A DNA stretch of 45,390 nt, from assembly GCA_017309145.1 (NCBI GenBank), contig JAFLDU010000005.1:1-45390 (forward strand). Direction: 5' to 3'. The position numbers and the translations under genes were made by a program. The stretch's first letter is position 1. Each line of letters opens with the position of its first letter. Source of the DNA: Zoogloea sp. (GTDB lineage Bacteria; Pseudomonadota; Gammaproteobacteria; Burkholderiales; Rhodocyclaceae). Below, in pieces: positions 28,812-39,015 of the stretch. A model generated the notes under the pieces. It saw only the letters and a list, made by a program, of their open reading frames with translations, ran no database searches and was not told where the DNA came from.

Positions 28812-29981
28812 ATGCACCTTATCGACACTCTGCGGGCCGACCATGCGGAGACTACCGCGATCCGCCGGGACATCCACGCCCATCCTGAGCTTGCCTTCGA
28901 AGAGCACCGCACCGCCGCCCTGGTGGCCGAGCGCCTGCGGGCATTGGGCATCGAGACCCACACCGGCATCGGCAAGACCGGCGTGGTCGGCGTGCTCCGC
29001 GCCGGCAGCAGCGCCCGCGCCATCGGCCTGCGCGCCGACATGGATGCGCTGCCGATCCAGGAGAAGAACGAGTTCAACCACCACTCGAAGCACCCGGGCC
29101 GCATGCATGCCTGCGGGCACGACGGCCATACCGCCATGCTCCTCGGCGCGGCGGCCCGCCTGGCCCGCCAGCCGGACTTCGATGGCACCGTGTATTTCGT
29201 CTTCCAGCCGGCCGAGGAGGGCGAGGGCGGGGCACCGGCGATGATCGCCGACGGACTCTTCCAGCGCTTCCCCATGGAGGCGATCTTCGGCCTGCACAAC
29301 TGGCCGGGTCTGCCGGTCGGGCAGATCGCCGTGCATCGCGGGCCGGTGATGGCCTGCGCCGACCGCTTCGACATCGAGATCAAGGGCCATGGCGCCCATG
29401 CCGCGATGCCCCACCAGGGCATCGACCCGGTGCTGGCCGGCGCGGCGCTGGTGCAGGCCCTGCAGTCGGTGATCAGCCGCAACCGTGATCCACAGGACGC
29501 GGCGGTGTTGTCGATCACCCAGTTCCATGCCGGCGACGCCTACAACGTGATCCCCGACGTGGCGCGCATCTGCGGCACCGTGCGGGCCTTCCGCCCGGAG
29601 ATCCAGCAACAGGTCGAGGATGCCATGCAGCGGGTCTGCGCCGGCGTAGGGGCGGCCTTCGGTGCCAACGTACACTTCGAGTACCGCCGCGGTTACCCCC
29701 CGACCATCAACACCGTGCCGGAGGCCGAATTCTGCGCCCGTGTGGCCGGCGAGGTGTGCGGCCAGGACCAGGTGGCTGTGGACATCAAGCCGAGCATGGG
29801 GGCGGAGGACTTCTCCTTCTTCCTGCAGGAGAAGCCCGGCTGCTACATCTGGCTCGGCAATGGGCCGGGGGAGGGCGGCTGCACCCTGCACAACCCCCGC
29901 TACGACTTCAACGACGAGGCCATCCCATTTGGCGTGGCCTACTGGGTGCGCCTGGTGGAGCGCTGGCTGGCCCCGGCCTGA
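28812..29981 (+). CDS. M20 aminoacylase/hippurate hydrolase-family amidohydrolase
   Basis: HPELAFEE, LRADMDALP, MHACGHDGH, FQPAEE, MGAEDF, LHNP. Confidence 0.92.
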   Translation: MHLIDTLRADHAETTAIRRDIHAHPELAFEEHRTAALVAERLRALGIETHTGIGKTGVVGVLRAGSSARAIGLRADMDALPIQEKNEFNHHSKHPGRMHACGHDGHTAMLLGAAARLARQPDFDGTVYFVFQPAEEGEGGAPAMIADGLFQRFPMEAIFGLHNWPGLPVGQIAVHRGPVMACADRFDIEIKGHGAHAAMPHQGIDPVLAGAALVQALQSVISRNRDPQDAAVLSITQFHAGDAYNVIPDVARICGTVRAFRPEIQQQVEDAMQRVCAGVGAAFGANVHFEYRRGYPPTINTVPEAEFCARVAGEVCGQDQVAVDIKPSMGAEDFSFFLQEKPGCYIWLGNGPGEGGCTLHNPRYDFNDEAIPFGVAYWVRLVERWLAPA

Positions 29982-30026
29982 GGCGTTCCGTCACGTCATC
30001 CGCCTGCCATGGCGGACTGTTACAAG

Positions 30027-30055
30027 AAGATTCCGGCTGTGGCCGGAATCTTTTT
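30027..30055 (+). terminator. Intrinsic terminator-like hairpin
   Basis: AAGATTCCGGC-tgtg-GCCGGAATCTT followed by TTT. Confidence 0.65.
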
Positions 30056-30078
30056 GCGCGCCCGTTGCCTGAGAGCCC

Positions 30079-32589
30079 ATGAATTCCAACGCACTGTCCC
30101 TTCGCGCCGCCCTGGCGCTCTCCTGGCGCATGCTGCGTCGCGACCTGCGGGCGGGCGAGCTCGGCCTCCTGCTCGTCGCCCTGATCATCGCCGTGGCCAG
30201 CCTGACCAGCGTCGGCTTCTTCACCGACCGGGTGGCCCAGGCTCTCGGGCGGGAAGCCAACCAGTTGCTGGGGGGGGATCTGGTCCTGGTGTCCGACCAC
30301 GCCCTCGACCCGGCCTATCGCCAGGAAGCCCGTGCCCGCGGCCTGCAGAGCGTGGTCTCCACCACCTTCACCAGCATGGCCAGCCATGGAGAGAGCGCCC
30401 AGCTGGCTGGGGTCAAGGCGGTGGAGGCGGGGCATCCCCTGCGTGGCGCGATCCGCATCGCCCCAGGGCTCAACCAGCCCGATGCGGTGGCGCCGGGCAT
30501 TCCGGCCCCGGGCGAGTTGTGGCTGGATGAACGCTTGGCCAGTGCACTCGGCGCCAAAGTGGGTGATCGCATCGGCCTCGGTGCCTCCACCTTCCGCATG
30601 GCGGCGGTGCTGAGCTTCGAGTCGGACCGGGGAGCCAATTTCTTCAGCCTGCTGCCGCGGCTCATCGTCAATGTGGCGGACCTGCCTGCCACCGGCTTGA
30701 TCCAGCCTGGCAGCCGGGTGGTGGAGCGCCTGCATGTGGCCGGTGAGGCCGGCGCCGTGGCGGCCTTTGATGCCTGGGCGCGGCCGCGCCTGAAGCGCGG
30801 CGAGTCCCTGGAGAACGTGGATAACGCGCGCCCCGAAGTGCGCAGCATTCTCGACCGTACCGAGCGCTTCCTGCGCTTCGCAGCCATGCTGGCCGTGGTG
30901 CTGGCGGCGGTGGCGGTGGGCCTGGCGACGCGGCGCTTCGTCGAGCGCCACCTCGACGGGTGCGCCGTGATGCGCTGCGTGGGGGCCAGCCAGTCGCGCC
31001 TGATGGGCCTCTTCCTGGGTGAGTTCGCGCTGCTCGGCCTCGGGGCCGGGGCGATCGGCTGCCTGATCGGCTTTGCCGTGCAGTTCGGACTCAATGCCCT
31101 GCTCGGCAGCCTGGTCGGCTTTCCGCTGCCGGCACCGGGTGGCTGGCCGGTGCTGCATGGCCTGGGGGTGTCCCTGCTGTTGTTGCTGGGCTTTGCCCTG
31201 CCGCCGCTGATCCGCCTGGGGCGGGTGCCGACCCTGCGCGTGCTGCGGCGCGAGTGGGACGGCATGGCGGCCCGTGAAGGCCTGGCCTGGGCCGCTGGCG
31301 CCCTGGTGCTGGCCGGTCTGCTGGTGGCGATCGCCCGGGACTGGCTGCTGGGTGCCGCGGTGGTCGGTGGTTTTGCGCTGGCCTTCGCGGTGTATGGCCT
31401 GGTCGGCTGGGCGGCCCTCGCCGCCCTCGGGCGGGTTCGCGGGGTGGCGGGCAGCGGCTGGCGCTACGGCATCGCCTCCCTCAAGCGGCGACCGGTGGCG
31501 AGCCTGGTGCAGATCCTGGCGCTGGGCATGGGCATCACCGCGCTGCTGCTACTCACCCTGGTGCGCGGCGACCTGCTGGCCAACTGGAAGCAGGCCACGC
31601 CCAACGACGCGCCGAACCGCTTCGTCATCAACATCCAGCCGGAGCAGCTCGAGCCGGTGCGCACGTTCTTCCGCGCCGAGGGCCGGCCCGCGCCCAACCT
31701 GCAGCCGATGATCCGCGGCCGACTGGTGGCAGTCAACGGGCGGCCCGTGGGCCCCGACGACTACACCGAGGACCGCGCCAGGCGTCTGGTGGACCGGGAC
31801 TTCAACCTCTCCTTCGATACCCGCCTGCCGGATGGCAACAGCGTGGTGGAAGGGTTCTGGCATGGCCAGGCGAGCACGCCCCAGTTTTCGGTGGAGCAGG
31901 GCCTGGCCCAGACGCTGGGACTGAAGATGGGGGACGTGCTGAGCTTCGAGATCGCCGGCACCCGCAGCGAAGCGCGCATCACCAGCCTGCGCAAGCTCGA
32001 CTGGGACTCCATGCGGGTGAACTTCTTCGTCATTGCCGGGCCGGGCATGCTCGAGAGCTTCCCGGCGAGCTACATCACCAGCTTCTACCTGCCCGCCACA
32101 CAGATGGATTTTGCCAACCGGCTGGTGGCGGCCTTCCCCAATTTCACCGTGATCGACGTGGCGGCGGTGATCTCCCAGATCCAGGGCATGGTCGATCAAC
32201 TCATCGCCGCCGTGCAGTTCGTCTTTGGTTTTGCCGTGGTGGCCGGCGTGATCGTGCTGTTCGGCGCCCTGCAGTCCACCCACGATGAGCGCGAGAAGGA
32301 GATGGCGATCCTGCGTACCCTGGGAGCCCGCAACGCCCAGTTGCGTGCTGCCCTGCTGGCCGAGTTCGCCGTGCTCGGCCTGGTTGCCGGCGGTCTGGCC
32401 GGGGTGGGGGCCAGCGGGATCGGCTGGGCGCTCGGGCATTTCGTCTTCAAGCTGCCATATGTGCCTGATCTGCTGCCGGTGCTGGCGGGAGCGCTGGCCG
32501 GCGTCGCGGTGGTGACCCTGGCGGGTTGGTATGGCACCCGCCATCTGCTGGCCCAGCCGCCCCTGGCCAGCCTGCGGGCACTGAACTGA
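30079..32589 (+). CDS. YbbP-like FtsX/MacB-family ABC permease
   Basis: 836 aa; LLGGDL, PNRFVINIQ, LRKLDWDSMRVNFF, AILRTLGA. Confidence 0.88.
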   Translation: MNSNALSLRAALALSWRMLRRDLRAGELGLLLVALIIAVASLTSVGFFTDRVAQALGREANQLLGGDLVLVSDHALDPAYRQEARARGLQSVVSTTFTSMASHGESAQLAGVKAVEAGHPLRGAIRIAPGLNQPDAVAPGIPAPGELWLDERLASALGAKVGDRIGLGASTFRMAAVLSFESDRGANFFSLLPRLIVNVADLPATGLIQPGSRVVERLHVAGEAGAVAAFDAWARPRLKRGESLENVDNARPEVRSILDRTERFLRFAAMLAVVLAAVAVGLATRRFVERHLDGCAVMRCVGASQSRLMGLFLGEFALLGLGAGAIGCLIGFAVQFGLNALLGSLVGFPLPAPGGWPVLHGLGVSLLLLLGFALPPLIRLGRVPTLRVLRREWDGMAAREGLAWAAGALVLAGLLVAIARDWLLGAAVVGGFALAFAVYGLVGWAALAALGRVRGVAGSGWRYGIASLKRRPVASLVQILALGMGITALLLLTLVRGDLLANWKQATPNDAPNRFVINIQPEQLEPVRTFFRAEGRPAPNLQPMIRGRLVAVNGRPVGPDDYTEDRARRLVDRDFNLSFDTRLPDGNSVVEGFWHGQASTPQFSVEQGLAQTLGLKMGDVLSFEIAGTRSEARITSLRKLDWDSMRVNFFVIAGPGMLESFPASYITSFYLPATQMDFANRLVAAFPNFTVIDVAAVISQIQGMVDQLIAAVQFVFGFAVVAGVIVLFGALQSTHDEREKEMAILRTLGARNAQLRAALLAEFAVLGLVAGGLAGVGASGIGWALGHFVFKLPYVPDLLPVLAGALAGVAVVTLAGWYGTRHLLAQPPLASLRALN

Positions 32590-32616
32590 TTTACAGGCGG
32601 GCGTTATACTCGGGGC

Positions 32617-34053
32617 ATGACTCCAGAGACCGCATCCACCCTCGCCACCCTGTTCCCCTGGCTGTTCGGCGTGCTGCTGCTCACGCTCGCCGCAGTCGTC
32701 CATCTCATCCTGCGGGTGCGTCGTCTCGACCGCATGGGGGATGAGCTGTACGAAGACCTGGGCAGCCGCCTCGACAGTCTCTTCGGCCATCAGCAGCTCC
32801 AGTTCGTGCGCGAGCTGCAGGCCTCCGCCACCACCAACGCCGACCGCATCATGGACATGGTGGCCGGCGAGACCGACCGCCTGCGCGAGCGCATGGAGGC
32901 CGGTGAAGCCGCCTCCCGGCATGGTCTGCAGCAGTTCCACCTGGCCCTCATCGGGCAGTTCGGCAAGCAACAGGAAGAGAGCGCGCTGCGCCTGTCCGAG
33001 CTGGCCAGCACCCTGGCGGCAGCCCAGGAGAAGTTGCGCAGCGAGATGCTGGCCGAGACCCTCAAGACCCTCTCAGAGCACGCCCGGGCCGACCGCGAGC
33101 TGCTGCAGAGCGGCCTCAAGGCGGCCTCGGATCAGCTGGCGACCCACATCGAGGGGATGAACCGCACGGTGGGGGAACGTCTCGAGGCCATCACCGGCCA
33201 TGTCAATCAGCGTCTCGACGAGGGCTTCCGCAAGACCAACGAAACCTTCGCCAGCGTGATGGCGCGCCTTGCCACCATCGACGAGGCGCAGAAGAAGATC
33301 GGCGACCTGACCACCAATGTGGTGAGCCTCCAGGAGCTGCTTGGTGACAAGCGCGCCCGGGGCGCCTTTGGCGAGGTGCAGCTGGAGGCCGTGGTGCGCA
33401 ATGCCCTGCCGCCGGAGGCCTTCGACTTCCAGTTCACCCTCCCCAACGGCACCCGCGCCGACTGCGTGCTGCGCCTGCCCGAGCCGACCGGGATGGTGGT
33501 GGTGGATTCGAAGTTCCCGCTGGAGAACTACCACCGCATGTTTGCCGCCGGTGTCAGCGACCTGGAGCGCAGGGGCGCCCAGGCTTCCTTCCGCAATGAC
33601 GTGAAGCGCCATGTGGAGGCCATCGCCAGCAAGTACATCCTGCCCGAGGTGACCAGCGACGGCGCGGTGATGTTCATCCCCGCCGAGGCGGTGTTCGCCG
33701 AGATCCACGCCTATCACCCGGAGGTGGTGGCCTATGCCATGAGTCGCCGGGTGTGGATCGTTTCGCCTACCACCCTGATGGCGGTGCTCAACACCGCCCG
33801 GGCGGTGATCAAGGACGTCGAGACGCGCAAGCAGATCCACGTGATCAAGGACGCCCTGGGCAAGCTCTCCAAGGACTTCGCCCGCTTCGACGAACGCATG
33901 CAGCGCCTTGCCACCCACATCCGCCAGGCCGGCGAAGACGTGGCCGAGGTGCAGACCTCGTCGCGCAAGATCAGCGCCCATTTCCAGCGCATCGAATCGG
34001 CTCAGCTGGATGATCTTCCTCCATCGGCGCTGCCCGGGCCGGATCTGTCCTGA
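32617..34053 (+). CDS. rmuC: DNA recombination protein RmuC
   Basis: N-terminal TM and coiled coil; RGAFGEVQLE, DSKFPL, MFIPAE, SPTTLMA. Confidence 0.92.
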   Translation: MTPETASTLATLFPWLFGVLLLTLAAVVHLILRVRRLDRMGDELYEDLGSRLDSLFGHQQLQFVRELQASATTNADRIMDMVAGETDRLRERMEAGEAASRHGLQQFHLALIGQFGKQQEESALRLSELASTLAAAQEKLRSEMLAETLKTLSEHARADRELLQSGLKAASDQLATHIEGMNRTVGERLEAITGHVNQRLDEGFRKTNETFASVMARLATIDEAQKKIGDLTTNVVSLQELLGDKRARGAFGEVQLEAVVRNALPPEAFDFQFTLPNGTRADCVLRLPEPTGMVVVDSKFPLENYHRMFAAGVSDLERRGAQASFRNDVKRHVEAIASKYILPEVTSDGAVMFIPAEAVFAEIHAYHPEVVAYAMSRRVWIVSPTTLMAVLNTARAVIKDVETRKQIHVIKDALGKLSKDFARFDERMQRLATHIRQAGEDVAEVQTSSRKISAHFQRIESAQLDDLPPSALPGPDLS

Positions 34054-34071
34054 TGCGCGAGCCGGCGGGGC

Positions 34072-35709
34072 TCAGGGCAGGCCGATGATCTGGCGCTCCT
34101 TGGGCCAGCGGATCCGGTAGGACACCGAGAAGTCCTGGCTGGCGCCCGCCTTGAGTTCCTGCTCCCAGGCCACGACACCGCGCCGTCCGTCCCAGTCCTG
34201 GTGGCTGACCGGGGGTGTGAACTGGCTGCTCAGCTCGATCTGCTCGTCCTGGACAACCGGGCTGGCCTCCAGGACCCTCAGCCTTACCGGCGACTTGTGG
34301 CGGCTCGTCACGGTGAATACATCCTCGAGCTGACGCTCGGCGCGTTGCCCAATCAGGCCACTGCTGGCGTTGCGCGCCGTCACCGGGCGTACGCTCACCC
34401 GGATCTGCTCATCCCGGCCGAAAGGCAGCTTGAGGCCGTTCTGCCAGGCCGGGTTCCAGCTGCTCGATCCCACATGGCTGCCGTCACGGTAGAGCTGCAT
34501 CTCGCCGGCGGGCCACACGCCCTCCGGCAGGGTGCCGCTGGCAACCAGCCAGGCGGTCTTGTCCTGCCGCGGTGAAACCTGCACCTGCAACTGCACGGGG
34601 ATGCGCAGGGTTTCGAGGGATACGTTCATCGGCCGCCCGTCGGCGGGAAGGCTGAGGGGCTCGGACAGCGTGTATTCCGTGCTGTACTCGCCGTGGCTGG
34701 CGGCCACCTCGAAGAGCGGCTCGGGCGTCGGCTCCTTGGCACGCAGGCTTGTCGGCACCGGAGCCGGAGCCGCCGCCGGGTAGGCTGCAGCGCGAGCCAT
34801 CTCGGCGCGGTATTCGGGGCGCAGCTGGAGATTCCAGGGCTGAGGCTCGGGGCCCGTCACCGCGCTGCGGGTCCGTCCGGTGATCAGGCTCACTCTGACC
34901 CGAGACCAGTCCTCGCCGGTCCGCTGCGCGAGCTGGGCTGTCCGCTCCAGGCTGACCCCGCTTCCGTCTGCGCTGAGTGTCGCCCGGTAGGCGGGGCGCC
35001 AGCCCGCATCGGCGAGGGGGTAGCGCAGGCGCAGCACGCCGTCACGGGGAGCCTCCACCCTGATCTGCAGGGTCCGGACCTGGCCTACAGCGGGCCGGAT
35101 GCGCTGCAAGTCCTGAGTGAGGCTGTCCAGCATCGGCTGCAGGCGGGCTTTCTCGGCCTCTGCGTCGAGGATCCGCCGCTGGGCCTGGATGCTGCCCTGG
35201 CGCAGGGTCTGCAGGGTGGTGGCCGGCTGCCCGGCGCGTTGGCTTTCGCCGGGCGAGGCCAGGCTGTCCAGATACTTGAGCTCAAGCTCCGCCGCCTTCC
35301 TGTCGATCTCGATGGTGTCAATGCGTGCTCTGAGCCGCTTCACCTCCCCATCGAGCCGCGCTTCTTCGGCCGTGAGCGGGGCATGGCGGCTGCTGTCCAG
35401 GGCGGTGGTGTCGCCGAGGCGGAGGTTCGCGTCGCTGTCGATCTGCAAGGCCTGCATGCTGAAGTTGGCCGGCAAGCCCGGAATCTCGATGCGCGACTGG
35501 CCGGCCTTCACCCGGACAGTACGCTCCACCACGGCACTGTCCGGGTAGAGAGTCACCTGGGTGATGGGCGCCACCTGAGCGGCGGCCTGGGCTGGCGGCG
35601 ATTCCACTGCTGCGGCGGCGGATGCGGCAAAGGCCGGCTGCAGGTTGCCAAGCAGGGCGGCGAGCAGCCAGGGCAGGGTGGAAGAGGGGCTGTGCGGGCT
35701 GGGTTTCAT
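34072..35709 (-). CDS. DUF4139/DUF4140 (MuiA-like) exported protein
   Basis: Signal peptide; ITQVTLYPDSA.VER, AGWRPAY, QRTGEDW, LPFGRD, C-terminal YRIRWP. Confidence 0.8.
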   Translation of the reverse strand: MKPSPHSPSSTLPWLLAALLGNLQPAFAASAAAAVESPPAQAAAQVAPITQVTLYPDSAVVERTVRVKAGQSRIEIPGLPANFSMQALQIDSDANLRLGDTTALDSSRHAPLTAEEARLDGEVKRLRARIDTIEIDRKAAELELKYLDSLASPGESQRAGQPATTLQTLRQGSIQAQRRILDAEAEKARLQPMLDSLTQDLQRIRPAVGQVRTLQIRVEAPRDGVLRLRYPLADAGWRPAYRATLSADGSGVSLERTAQLAQRTGEDWSRVRVSLITGRTRSAVTGPEPQPWNLQLRPEYRAEMARAAAYPAAAPAPVPTSLRAKEPTPEPLFEVAASHGEYSTEYTLSEPLSLPADGRPMNVSLETLRIPVQLQVQVSPRQDKTAWLVASGTLPEGVWPAGEMQLYRDGSHVGSSSWNPAWQNGLKLPFGRDEQIRVSVRPVTARNASSGLIGQRAERQLEDVFTVTSRHKSPVRLRVLEASPVVQDEQIELSSQFTPPVSHQDWDGRRGVVAWEQELKAGASQDFSVSYRIRWPKERQIIGLP

Positions 35710-35848
35710 CGTCGGCGTCAGGCAGAAAGGGTGCCGACGATTATAGGAGGCCGTCCGGAGGCCACACGGCAGAATGGCAAATGAATGTATCAGGCGCTTT
35801 GGGGCGATTACGGGTTCCCGCGGCGGCTGGTGCCTATCGGACATCCCG

Positions 35849-35917
35849 CGTAGGAGCGGCTTCAGCCGCCCGCGGACTTCGATCTGGCACCTGCGGGCGG
35901 CTGAAGCCGCCCCTACG
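35849..35917. repeat. Inverted GTAG-type REP doublet (REPIN-like)
   Basis: CGTAGGAGCGGCTTCAGCCGCCCGC ... GCGGGCGGCTGAAGCCGCCCCTACG. Confidence 0.8.
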
Positions 35918-35966
35918 ATCCGCAGCACCGGAACGTCGTTACGCCGCGGGCTAACTGAATTAAGGC

Positions 35967-37421
35967 TCAGTAGCCCTGGAAATCCTTCAGCAGAAAGACG
36001 TACACCTCCCGCCGGAAGTCCTTGTGGATGGGAACGACCACCTTGCCGAGGGCTTCGCTGCGGGTAAAGCGGGCGCGGATGTCGGGGATCTCGGCCTTGC
36101 GGCTGACGAAGAGCACGTCGCGTCCTTTCTTGTCGGCCAGGGTGGTGACCAGGTCGTAGTGGCTGATCGGGGTGCCTGATGGGTGCCAGGTGGCGTACTC
36201 GCTTGGGTTGAGCCGGTAGATCAGGTGGGCCATCAACTCCCGGTCCTCGGTGACCAGGACGCTGCCGGGGTGGCTCTCGAGCAGTGGGCGGACGCCGTCG
36301 GCCAGGTTGATCCAGCCCCGGGCCCGCTTGAAGGGATCATTCTTGGCGGTCAGGGCCACGCCGGTGCCGCGGGCGATGTCCGGCCAGTGGTAGGCGAGGG
36401 TCGAGGCCAGCAGGTTGAAGGCCACCCCGGCGATCAGCCAGCGACGTCGCCCGGTCAGGAAGACCGCCGGGATCAGCACGCAGGCGGCGACGAAGATGGG
36501 GGCCGCCCAGTTGCCGTTGGCACGGCCGGTGAGGGCCTGCAGGCTCACCAGGGCCAGCAGGGGGAGGATGAAGATCAATAGCGTGCGCTGTGCCGGCTGG
36601 GCCCACAGGCTGCGGCTGCGCAGCAGGGCCCAGCCGAGCAGGATGCCGAGCACGGGGCCGATGGAGAGCCATTGGGCACCGATGAACTCGCCCAGCTGGG
36701 CCGGGTGCAGGCCGCGTTCGCCATGGCCGACCCGGGTGATTTCGGCGGTGTGGCGGAAGGTGGGGAAGTCGTGGGTCCAGTTCCAGTAGAGGTTCGGCCC
36801 GAGGAGGGCGAAGGCCAGCGCTACCGCCACCCAAGGCTGCGGCCGGGCCAGCCAGCGCCGGTGCTGCGGATCCAGGGCGATGAGCAGCAGGGCCGACGGC
36901 AGGAAGGCGGCCATGGTGTACTTGGACATCAGCCCGATGCCGATGACGGCGCCGCAGGCCAGCCAGTCGCGCCAGCCTTCCTTTTCGAGGGCACGCAGCA
37001 GGCAGATCAGCGCGAGGGTCCAGCACAGCAGCAGCGGTGCGTCGGTGGAGACGAACAGGCCGAGGGCCGACACCAGGGGCATGGACAGGAAGGCCAGCCC
37101 GGCCCAGAAGCCGACCTGCTCGGAGAACATGCGCCGGCCCAAGGCATACAGGGCGAAGGCGGTGGCCGGGTAGATCAGCAGGGACGGCAGCTTGATGGCG
37201 ATCAGGCCGTTGCCGAGCAGGGCTGTGCTGGCGGCGATGAGGGCCGCGATGACCGGCGGCTTGGAGTAGTAGCCCCAGTCCAGGTGCTGGGACCAGCCCC
37301 AGTAGTAAGCCTCGTCTACATACAGATCGATGCCGAGGTGGCCGATCACCCAAAGTCGATATACGGTGAGCAGCGCGGCGATGAGCGCCAGCGGGCCCAG
37401 GTAGTCGCGGCGTGCCGTCAT
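35967..37421 (-). CDS. ArnT/PMT-like GT-C glycosyltransferase
   Basis: DEAYYWGWS..LDWGYYSKPP, STDAPL, GLMSKYT, PNLYWN; multi-TM. Confidence 0.88.
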   Translation of the reverse strand: MTARRDYLGPLALIAALLTVYRLWVIGHLGIDLYVDEAYYWGWSQHLDWGYYSKPPVIAALIAASTALLGNGLIAIKLPSLLIYPATAFALYALGRRMFSEQVGFWAGLAFLSMPLVSALGLFVSTDAPLLLCWTLALICLLRALEKEGWRDWLACGAVIGIGLMSKYTMAAFLPSALLLIALDPQHRRWLARPQPWVAVALAFALLGPNLYWNWTHDFPTFRHTAEITRVGHGERGLHPAQLGEFIGAQWLSIGPVLGILLGWALLRSRSLWAQPAQRTLLIFILPLLALVSLQALTGRANGNWAAPIFVAACVLIPAVFLTGRRRWLIAGVAFNLLASTLAYHWPDIARGTGVALTAKNDPFKRARGWINLADGVRPLLESHPGSVLVTEDRELMAHLIYRLNPSEYATWHPSGTPISHYDLVTTLADKKGRDVLFVSRKAEIPDIRARFTRSEALGKVVVPIHKDFRREVYVFLLKDFQGY

Positions 37422-39007
37422 GGCTGCTTCATCCGCACCAGGACTACGCCACCCTGGGTGAACAGGCGCTCCACCGGCGCATCGGCGGGCAGGCGGTCGA
37501 TGCGGGTGAGGGCCAGCTGGCCGGGCATCGGGTCGCCCTTCACGGTGACCCCCTGGCGATACACGCTGAAGCTGGGGGCGGTGGTGAAGCGCCAGAACAC
37601 GACGGGCTCGCCAAGTTCATGGGCCTTGAGACCGGCTGCCTTGACCGGCCCCTGGGCCAGTTCGCCGGCGTAGGGCACCACCACCCCAGCCAGCAGTACG
37701 ACCTGCAGGGCGGCGGTGACCAGCAGCTTGGGTACGGCGCCCAGACGGGGGAAGAAGATGATGGCGGCCCAGATCACCAGCCCACCCACTGTGGCGGCGA
37801 TGTAGGTGGCGTCGGCCACTTCGAGGGCGCGTCCGAGCTGGGCCCGGTAGAAGCCGTCACCGAGGGTGCTGCGCGACAGCACGTCGAAGAGGTTTGGCAG
37901 CAGGGGGAAGAGCAGGAAGAGCAGGCCGGGGGCGATCAGCTGCGGCCAGACCCTGCGGGGGCCGTCACTGCCCGTTGCCTTCAGGCCGATCAGGATGAAC
38001 AGCGGAGTGCAGCCATACAGTACGTAGTGGGGCAGCTTGGTGCCGGACAGGGAGAAGAAGCCCAGCACGAAGGCGAACCAGATCCACAGGAAGCGCATCA
38101 GCGGGTCGGACCATTGGCTGCGCAGCCGGCCGAGGGCGGAGAAGAACAGCCCGCTCCACGGCAGCAGCAGCAGGGGCACCGCGACCAGATAGTAGAAGGC
38201 ACTGCCGCCGTGCCCTTCCAGCGAACCGGAGAAGCGCTGCACGTTGTGGCGCATGATGAAGCCGTCGATGAAGTCCTGGCCGTGGCGCATCAAGGCGTAG
38301 GCATACCAGGGAGCGACGATCAGGACGAGGATCAGCAGGCCGAGCGGGTTGAAGACGGTGCGCAGCCAGGTCTTCCATTCACCGCGGCTGGCGCAGTAGA
38401 TCAGGCTGACCGTGCCGGGCACGATCAGGGCCACCGGCCCCTTGGTGAGGGCGCCCAGGCCGATCCATACGAAGGCCCGCAGCAGGGGCGCCCGGGCGCC
38501 GCTCTCCAGGTGGCGCCAGACGTCGAAGAGGGTCAGGGCGAGCAGGCAGTTGAGCAGTCCGTCGGCGGTGGCGGCGCGACCGATGGCGAAGGGACCGAGG
38601 GCGGTGGCCGCCACGGCCAGGGCCACCAGGGCCGCATCCTCACCGATGCGCTGGCGGGCAAAGAACCAGGTGGCGTAGCTCCACACGATGGCGGCCGTCG
38701 CGCTTGGCAGGCGGAAGGCCCACTCGGTGGGGCCGAAGATCAGGTAGCCGATGCACTGGAACCAGTACACCAGGATCGGCTTGTCGAAGCGTGGTGCCCC
38801 GTTGAGGTAGGTGAACAGGAAGTCGCCCCGCTCGAACATCTCGCGGGTGGCTTCGGAGAAGGCGCCTTCGTCCACGTCGAACAGCGGCGCCCCACCCAGG
38901 CGCAGCAGGAAGGCCAGCAGCGGCAGGGCGAGGATCAGGCGGCCGAGGAGGCTGCCGGCGAGGCGGTTGCCGGCGGGCTGACCACCGGCGGAGAGAAACC
39001 CGGACAC
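37418..39007 (-). CDS. ArnT-like GT-C glycosyltransferase
   Basis: DVDEGAF..ATREM, RFDKPIL.YW, RLPSA, LTKGP, TKLPHY. Confidence 0.9.
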   Translation of the reverse strand: MSGFLSAGGQPAGNRLAGSLLGRLILALPLLAFLLRLGGAPLFDVDEGAFSEATREMFERGDFLFTYLNGAPRFDKPILVYWFQCIGYLIFGPTEWAFRLPSATAAIVWSYATWFFARQRIGEDAALVALAVAATALGPFAIGRAATADGLLNCLLALTLFDVWRHLESGARAPLLRAFVWIGLGALTKGPVALIVPGTVSLIYCASRGEWKTWLRTVFNPLGLLILVLIVAPWYAYALMRHGQDFIDGFIMRHNVQRFSGSLEGHGGSAFYYLVAVPLLLLPWSGLFFSALGRLRSQWSDPLMRFLWIWFAFVLGFFSLSGTKLPHYVLYGCTPLFILIGLKATGSDGPRRVWPQLIAPGLLFLLFPLLPNLFDVLSRSTLGDGFYRAQLGRALEVADATYIAATVGGLVIWAAIIFFPRLGAVPKLLVTAALQVVLLAGVVVPYAGELAQGPVKAAGLKAHELGEPVVFWRFTTAPSFSVYRQGVTVKGDPMPGQLALTRIDRLPADAPVERLFTQGGVVLVRMKQP

Positions 39008-39015
39008 GGAAGGCC

